Shown here one piece after another: positions 44,796 through 50,226 of a DNA stretch of 50,226 nt. Under the pieces are notes generated by a model, which did no database searches, was not told the DNA's origin, and worked only from the letters and a program-made list of their open reading frames with translations. Source of the DNA: Candidatus Kerfeldbacteria bacterium RIFCSPHIGHO2_12_FULL_48_17 (GTDB lineage Bacteria; Patescibacteriota; Patescibacteriia; HO2-48-17); the NCBI GenBank assembly GCA_001818775.1, contig MHKD01000013.1, positions 14,217-64,442 on the forward strand. Reading direction: 5' to 3'. How positions within the stretch are numbered: the first letter of the stretch is position 1; each line of letters opens with the position of its first letter. The translations under genes and the position numbers were made by a program.

Positions 44796-44962
44796 TTAGT
44801 AACTGTCTCATATCTCTCTTTCGTAGCGAAAAATTGAAATTTCGAGCGAAAGAAATGAAGATTGAGGAGGAATAGTGACTACTATGCTGACGAAATCTGA
44901 ATTTTTTGCAGCCGAAATTTCAATTTTGGAGCAGAATACGGAGATATGAGACAGTTACTTAG
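44796..44962 (+). repeat. ~166-nt rod-like imperfect inverted repeat (candidate structured RNA)
   Basis: A 19-bp perfect stem (44798-44816 / 44941-44959), a 15-bp perfect stem (44830-44844 / 44913-44927), internal loops, and an apical hairpin at 44872-44885. Confidence 0.85.
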
Positions 44963-44979
44963 CACATCACCTCACGTAC

Positions 44980-45321
44980 ATGAAATCATCCTGGAAGTAC
45001 CTCAACCTCGTCGGACAGATCGGACTCATTATCGCCATACCGGTTGTCATTCTCACACTCACGGGGCGTTATCTCGATAACCGTTTCGACACGCAACCCT
45101 GGTTTTTACTTGGTGGTGTTATTCTTTCTTTTATTATCTCTTCGCTGATTCTTTGGGGAGAAGTTATCAAAACAGCCAAACTTCTCAGTGAACAAACAGC
45201 TGAAGAGGAAAAAGACGAAACCAAAGAAACTTCCGAACTCGCTTCGGAAAAAGATGCCGAAGAAACCAAAAAAAGCATTGATTGGGACGACCTCGGTGAC
45301 CTAGACGACGAAGACGAATAA
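44980..45321 (+). CDS. AtpZ/AtpI-like small membrane protein of the ATP synthase operon
   Basis: Two TM helices (GLIIAIPVVILTLTGRYLDNRF.TQPWFLLGGVILSFIIS) match the pattern of the F0F1 gene-1 family. It is the first gene of the atp operon and has an acidic C-terminal tail. Confidence 0.65.
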   Translation: MKSSWKYLNLVGQIGLIIAIPVVILTLTGRYLDNRFDTQPWFLLGGVILSFIISSLILWGEVIKTAKLLSEQTAEEEKDETKETSELASEKDAEETKKSIDWDDLGDLDDEDE

Positions 45322-45347
45322 CCTAAGCTAAGTACAAGGAGACATCT

Positions 45348-46103
45348 ATGTCAGCAGCCATTTCACTCGCCGCCGAACCGATATTTCACGTAGGAAGTTG
45401 GGAAATCACCAACAGTTTGCTAACGACCTGGGTTGTCATGGCCGTTATTTTTATTGCCGTTGCCATTTTCCGCAGCAAACGACTCAAAAAATTTCCCAAA
45501 GGCGCGCAAAATCTTATCGAAACCATCGTTGACTTTCTGTTCAAGAACATGAACGAAGTCACGGGCAGCACCAAGAAAACCCTGACCTTTTTCCCGCTCG
45601 TTGCCGGTATATTTGGTTTCATCATACTCGTCAACTGGTTCGGTCTTATTCCCGGTGTTGGCAGTATCGGCCTGCATGAAATCCACGAAGGCAAAGCCAT
45701 TTTCGTACCGCTGTTCCGCGCCGGCACCGCTGACATCAACACCACCCTGGCCCTGGCCATTGTTGCTGTCGTTGCTACGCACATCTACGGCATGAAAGAA
45801 CTCGGCGTCGGCAAACACATCGGCAAATTCCTCGTCAATCCGTTCAAACATAGCCCCATACTCACCGGTGTTGGATTTCTGGAAATGTTCGGCGAAATTT
45901 CCAAAATCATTTCCTTCTCCTTTCGTTTATTCGGCAACATCTTTGCCGGTGAAGTGCTGCTTATCGTCGTTACCGGCCTCGTGGGCTATGTGGCGCCCGT
46001 TCCGTTTTATTTCCTCGAACTGTTCGTGGGTTTTGTGCAGGCCCTGGTATTTGCTATGCTTACGCTGGTATTCCTGACTATGTCCACGGCCGAACAGCAC
46101 TAA
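45348..46103 (+). CDS. atpB: F0F1 ATP synthase subunit a
   Basis: FSFRLFGNIFAGE, containing the essential Arg motif, in a polytopic 251-aa protein. Confidence 0.92.
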   Translation: MSAAISLAAEPIFHVGSWEITNSLLTTWVVMAVIFIAVAIFRSKRLKKFPKGAQNLIETIVDFLFKNMNEVTGSTKKTLTFFPLVAGIFGFIILVNWFGLIPGVGSIGLHEIHEGKAIFVPLFRAGTADINTTLALAIVAVVATHIYGMKELGVGKHIGKFLVNPFKHSPILTGVGFLEMFGEISKIISFSFRLFGNIFAGEVLLIVVTGLVGYVAPVPFYFLELFVGFVQALVFAMLTLVFLTMSTAEQH

Positions 46104-46246
46104 TGTTTGTGCCGCTCTGCTGCCCGACTGCCCACGCAGCCCATCAGCAGAGATGCATAATCTCAATCTAATTCGCAACATTTCATCCCCGACGCTAAAT
46201 AAACAACCAACAACGTCGTAGGGAAGAGAGATGTAACCATCTATAA

Positions 46247-46477
<231 letters not shown>

Positions 46478-46558
46478 AAGTCATTGACCAACTTCGAACT
46501 CTCGCGCGCGGGCTAAAAGCAGGCGGGCGGGAGCGGTAGTGAGTTAATAACAACACGT

Positions 46559-47065
46559 ATGGAATTACTCGAAAAATTTGGAATTGATTGGCGCACGCTC
46601 ATCGCTCAGGCGGTAAATTTTCTGATCGTCGTTGTGGTTTTGTGGAAGTTTGCGTATAAGCCGGTTTTGAAATTACTGCAGGATCGGAGCAAGCGCGTGG
46701 AAAAAAGCATCAAAGATGCGGAACACATAGAAAAACGTTTGCAGAAAATTGAAGCCACACAAAAGGAAATGATCAAGAAGGCCGAGGCTGAGGGTCAAAA
46801 CATACTGAAAGCCGCCGAAGTCCAGGCCCAGGAACAATCCGCCGCGGCCATGGAAAAAACCAGGGCCGAAGTAAAAACAGTAGTCACTAAAGCCAAAAAA
46901 GAAATTCAGGCAGCCAAAGACAGTTTACTCCAGGAAGCCAGGAAAGATATGGCACATCTTATGGTACAAGCGCTGGAAAAGGTGGTGCAGACCAAGGCTG
47001 GCAGCCAGGATCAGGAGCTGATAGAAAAGACGTTGCAGGAAGTCTATTCACATCGTAAGCAGTAG
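46559..47065 (+). CDS. atpF: F0F1 ATP synthase subunit b
   Basis: An N-terminal TM is followed by a long charged helix. Supported by operon position. Confidence 0.85.
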   Translation: MELLEKFGIDWRTLIAQAVNFLIVVVVLWKFAYKPVLKLLQDRSKRVEKSIKDAEHIEKRLQKIEATQKEMIKKAEAEGQNILKAAEVQAQEQSAAAMEKTRAEVKTVVTKAKKEIQAAKDSLLQEARKDMAHLMVQALEKVVQTKAGSQDQELIEKTLQEVYSHRKQ

Positions 47066-47067
47066 CT

Positions 47068-47466
47068 ATGAAAAGAATTACGGCCAGACAATACGGCGAA
47101 AGTTTATTCACGGAACTGCAAGCCAAACCTGATGCTGCTGAAAAGACCGTGGCCAATTTTATTGCGACGGTCGTCCAGTTTCACGATCGGAAAAAACTCC
47201 CCGATGTGTACCGGATTCTTGAAGAGCTGTATGCAGCCAGCGGAAAAGGTTTCACCATTACCCTGACGACGGCCAACGAACTCGATGGCACGGCCAAACA
47301 GCAGATAGCCAAGCGACTCAAAGCCAATCTCGAAGCTGACATCACTCTGGAAGCGCGCGCGGACAAAAGCATAATCGGTGGAGCTATCCTGAAAGTGAAC
47401 AACATGCAGTACGACGGCAGCATCAAAACGAAAATTCATAATCTGTATAAACAATTTACATCCTAG
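47068..47466 (+). CDS. atpH: F0F1 ATP synthase subunit delta (short, 132 aa)
   Basis: Supported by operon position. The C-terminal D.SIIGGAILKVNNMQYDGSIK motif is typical of OSCP/delta. Confidence 0.8.
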   Translation: MKRITARQYGESLFTELQAKPDAAEKTVANFIATVVQFHDRKKLPDVYRILEELYAASGKGFTITLTTANELDGTAKQQIAKRLKANLEADITLEARADKSIIGGAILKVNNMQYDGSIKTKIHNLYKQFTS

Positions 47467-47469
47467 CAT

Positions 47470-48987
47470 ATGCCAACGAAACCCCAGTCAAAAGATTACA
47501 TCATCAACCTCCTGAAAAAGAAGTTGGCTGATTTTGATGCCAAACTCGAAGCCAGTGAAGTCGGCAGTGTTACCGAAGTTGGTGACGGTGTGGCCCGCAT
47601 CAGCGGTTTGGCCAAAGCAGCTTCCCAGGAAATGGTTATTATTAAAACCGCCACCGGCGATGTTTCCGGCGTGGTTCTCAACCTGGAAACGGACAGCATC
47701 GGCGTCATGATTCTCGGCGATATCAGCGCCGTAGCTGAAGGTGATGAAGTTCGCCGCACCGAGCGCATTCTGGAGGTGCCGGTTGGGGAAGCCTTCCTGG
47801 GCCGTGTTATCAGTCCGCTGGGCGTTGCGCAAGACGGCAAAGGTGCCATCAAAACCAAGCAATCCTACCCGGTGGAAAAAATCGCTCCCGGCGTTATCAC
47901 CCGTCAAAGCGTCAGCCAGCCGGTGCAAACCGGTATCAAGGCCATTGATGCCATGATCCCGATCGGCCGCGGTCAGCGCGAGCTCATTATCGGTGACCGC
48001 CAGACCGGCAAAACCGCCATTGCGCTCGACACCATTATCAACCAAAAGGGCAAAGATATGTTTTGTATCTATGTCGCTATTGGTCAAAAAGATTCCAAAG
48101 TCGCCCGCATTGCTGCTGAACTCGAAAAACACGGCGCCATGGAATATACCATCATCGTCAATGCCTCAGCTTCCATGCCGGCTGCTTTGCAGTACATCGC
48201 TCCATACGCCGGCGCCAGTCTCGGTGAATATTTCATGGATCAGGGCAAAGATGCGCTGATCGTCTATGATGATCTCAGCAAACACGCTACGGCTTATCGT
48301 GCCATTTCACTCATTCTGCGGCGTCCGCCTGGCCGTGAAGCCTATCCTGGTGATGTATTCTACGCCCACTCACGCCTCCTCGAACGTGCCGCCCGCCGCA
48401 ACAAAGCCAGCGGTGGCGGCTCCATTACGGCGCTTCCCATTATCGAAACCCAGGCCGGTGACGTTTCCGCCTACATTCCCACGAACGTTATTTCCATTAC
48501 TGACGGGCAAATTTTTCTGGAATCCGACCTCTTCTATCAGGGTATCCGCCCGGCCCTCAACGTCGGAATTTCCGTATCCCGCGTCGGTTCTTCGGCCCAG
48601 CTCAAACCCATGAAAAAAGTCGCCGGCAAGCTCCGCCTCGACCTGGCCCAGTACCGCGAACTGGCCGCCTTTGCCCAGTTTGGTTCTGATCTCGACGAAG
48701 ACACCAAAAAGCAGCTCGAGCGCGGCAAGCGTTCCACCGAAGTCATGAAACAGAAGCAGTATGAACCTTTCGCTGTCGCTGATCAGGTGCTGAGCATCTA
48801 TGCCGTCACCAATGGTTTTATGGACGATGTTACTGTGGAAAACATCCAAACCTTTGAAAAGGAACTGATAGAATACGCGCACCGCAATAATCAGGAACTA
48901 ATGGACACGATTTCCGGTGGGGATTGGGAAGACAAAACCCAAGCCGCCGTCAAAAAGCTGATTGAGAAATGTAAACAATCTCAGTAA
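47470..48987 (+). CDS. atpA: F0F1 ATP synthase subunit alpha
   Basis: Walker A GDRQTGKT and the typical alpha-subunit motifs ([20 protein letters not shown]). Confidence 0.97.
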   Translation: MPTKPQSKDYIINLLKKKLADFDAKLEASEVGSVTEVGDGVARISGLAKAASQEMVIIKTATGDVSGVVLNLETDSIGVMILGDISAVAEGDEVRRTERILEVPVGEAFLGRVISPLGVAQDGKGAIKTKQSYPVEKIAPGVITRQSVSQPVQTGIKAIDAMIPIGRGQRELIIGDRQTGKTAIALDTIINQKGKDMFCIYVAIGQKDSKVARIAAELEKHGAMEYTIIVNASASMPAALQYIAPYAGASLGEYFMDQGKDALIVYDDLSKHATAYRAISLILRRPPGREAYPGDVFYAHSRLLERAARRNKASGGGSITALPIIETQAGDVSAYIPTNVISITDGQIFLESDLFYQGIRPALNVGISVSRVGSSAQLKPMKKVAGKLRLDLAQYRELAAFAQFGSDLDEDTKKQLERGKRSTEVMKQKQYEPFAVADQVLSIYAVTNGFMDDVTVENIQTFEKELIEYAHRNNQELMDTISGGDWEDKTQAAVKKLIEKCKQSQ

Positions 48988-48993
48988 ACGTTT

Positions 48994-49935
48994 ATGCCAG
49001 GTGGTGGATTGCTCGATATAAGAAAACGCATCAAGTCCGTGAAAAATACCCGCCAGGTCACCAAGGCGATGGAGGCTGTGGCTGCATCCAAAATGCGCAA
49101 AGCCGTTGACCGGGCGCAGTCAGCCAAAGAATATGTCCGCCTGGCGACGGAAATGATCAGCAACATCGGTACCGCTACCAAGGCCCAAATGCACCGGTTC
49201 GTACAAAAAAAAGAAGGCAAAAAGTTGTTGCTTCTTCTGGTAACCTCTGACCGCGGGCTGTGCGGCAGTTACAATGCCAATGTAATCAAAGTGGCGCTGG
49301 CAAAAATGGAGGAAAAAGGTCAGGAAAATATTGATGTCGTGTGCATGGGAAAAAAGGGTCAGCAAGCCATGAGGCGCATCAGCAAAGAATTCACTGCCAG
49401 TTTCAGCCCGATTGATAAGCCCGACAGCCAAAACACCCTGGAAATCAGTCAATATTTGACCGATACCTACCTCAAAGGTGATTACCACAAGGCTTATATC
49501 GCTTTCACCGATTTTCAATCAACCATGAAGCAGGAGGCTGTTGTCAAACAAATTCTCCCCATAAGCGAAGACATAGAAGAAGTCGCCGGGCCGGAGGAAA
49601 ACGCAGTGGGAAAAGCGCAAAATCAGGCGGCGTCCGGGTCTGGCCCCGGTTCCGGCAGCGCCTATGTGGCAGAAACCGAATACCTGTTTGAACCCACGGA
49701 TAAAGCCATACTGGAAAAAATGATACCGCGTCTCATCGAAATTCAGGTCTACCAAACCATTCTCGAATCGCTGGCGTCAGAACACCTCTCACGGATGATG
49801 GCCATGCGCAACGCCACCGACAGCGCCTCAGATATGATTGACGAACTGACACTCACGTACAACCAGGCCAGACAAAGCGCTATCACCCAGGAAATTGCCG
49901 AAATATCCGCCGGAAAAGCAGCACTGGCGCAATAA
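48994..49935 (+). CDS. atpG: F0F1 ATP synthase subunit gamma
   Basis: N-terminus IRKRIKSVKNTRQVTKAMEAVAASKMRKA and C-terminus LTLTYNQARQSAITQEIAEI. It has a Gly/Ser-rich insert. Confidence 0.93.
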   Translation: MPGGGLLDIRKRIKSVKNTRQVTKAMEAVAASKMRKAVDRAQSAKEYVRLATEMISNIGTATKAQMHRFVQKKEGKKLLLLLVTSDRGLCGSYNANVIKVALAKMEEKGQENIDVVCMGKKGQQAMRRISKEFTASFSPIDKPDSQNTLEISQYLTDTYLKGDYHKAYIAFTDFQSTMKQEAVVKQILPISEDIEEVAGPEENAVGKAQNQAASGSGPGSGSAYVAETEYLFEPTDKAILEKMIPRLIEIQVYQTILESLASEHLSRMMAMRNATDSASDMIDELTLTYNQARQSAITQEIAEISAGKAALAQ

Positions 49936-49988
49936 GCGCGGCGCGCGCGTGAGGCGCACCCAACTTTATCAATTATTATTTGCAAACT

Positions 49989-50226
49989 ATGTCAACACAC
50001 AACGGAAAAATATCCCAGGTTATCGGTCCGGTAGTCGACGTGGCTTTCGAAGGCAAGGTGCCAGGGCTGTATCATGCGCTCAAAGTCAAGAACGGGGACG
50101 AGGAACTGGTCCTGGAAGTGCAGCAGCACACCGGCGCCAGCAGCGTGCGCTGTATCGCCCTTAATTCCACTGACGGTCTGCAGCGTGGCAGCGAAGTCGT
50201 CAACACCGGAGCGCCCATCAGCGTAC
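49989..50226 (+). CDS. atpD: F0F1 ATP synthase subunit beta, 3' end cut by window edge
   Basis: Hand translation gives [22 protein letters not shown]...[38 protein letters not shown], a typical beta N-terminal barrel. The frame is open to the window end. Confidence 0.9.
   Translation, partial: MSTHNGKISQVIGPVVDVAFEGKVPGLYHALKVKNGDEELVLEVQQHTGASSVRCIALNSTDGLQRGSEVVNTGAPISV

Overview
This 50.2-kb window comes from a compact, almost entirely plus-strand bacterial chromosome. I saw no rRNA, tRNA, CRISPR array, transposase or integrase by eye. Recognisable core genes are ileS, tgt, a Clp/Hsp100-type AAA+ ATPase, glyQS, an M16 peptidase, an AI-2E permease, metG, cvpA, tatD, rmuC, recO and an F1Fo ATP synthase operon (atpZ/I-B-E-F-H-A-G-D, with atpD cut by the window end). 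A run of small 'house-cleaning' enzymes covers 8.2-16 kb: HAD, SAM methyltransferase, HIT, AlkD-like, Nudix, alpha/beta hydrolase and a second HAD. A cell-surface glycan locus covers 24-36 kb, with four GT4 glycosyltransferases (a fifth is at the window start), a Wzz-like protein, a Wzy/O-antigen-ligase-like protein and an epimerase. Many anchored orphan proteins, Gly/Ala-rich inserts in core enzymes and a membrane-anchored Clp ATPase suggest an uncultivated small-genome lineage such as CPR/Patescibacteria, but this is inference only. Six structures are not explained by ordinary annotation. (1) Three paralogous coiled-coil genes each carry their own copy of a ~95-bp promoter/leader module, and their nucleotide identity is mosaic. 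(2) An 84-bp inverted-repeat pair brackets 8.4 kb of the surface-glycan locus, which includes three orphan secreted proteins. (3) Two hairpins share an identical 24-nt loop on diverged stems whose only mismatches would be G:U pairs on the minus strand. (4) A ~166-nt rod-like inverted repeat sits just after a consensus promoter, ahead of the atp operon. (5) A sharply AT-rich three-gene island follows ileS. (6) The Clp ATPase has a zinc-finger plus transmembrane N-terminus. All functional readings of these are hypotheses that need database searches or experiments.
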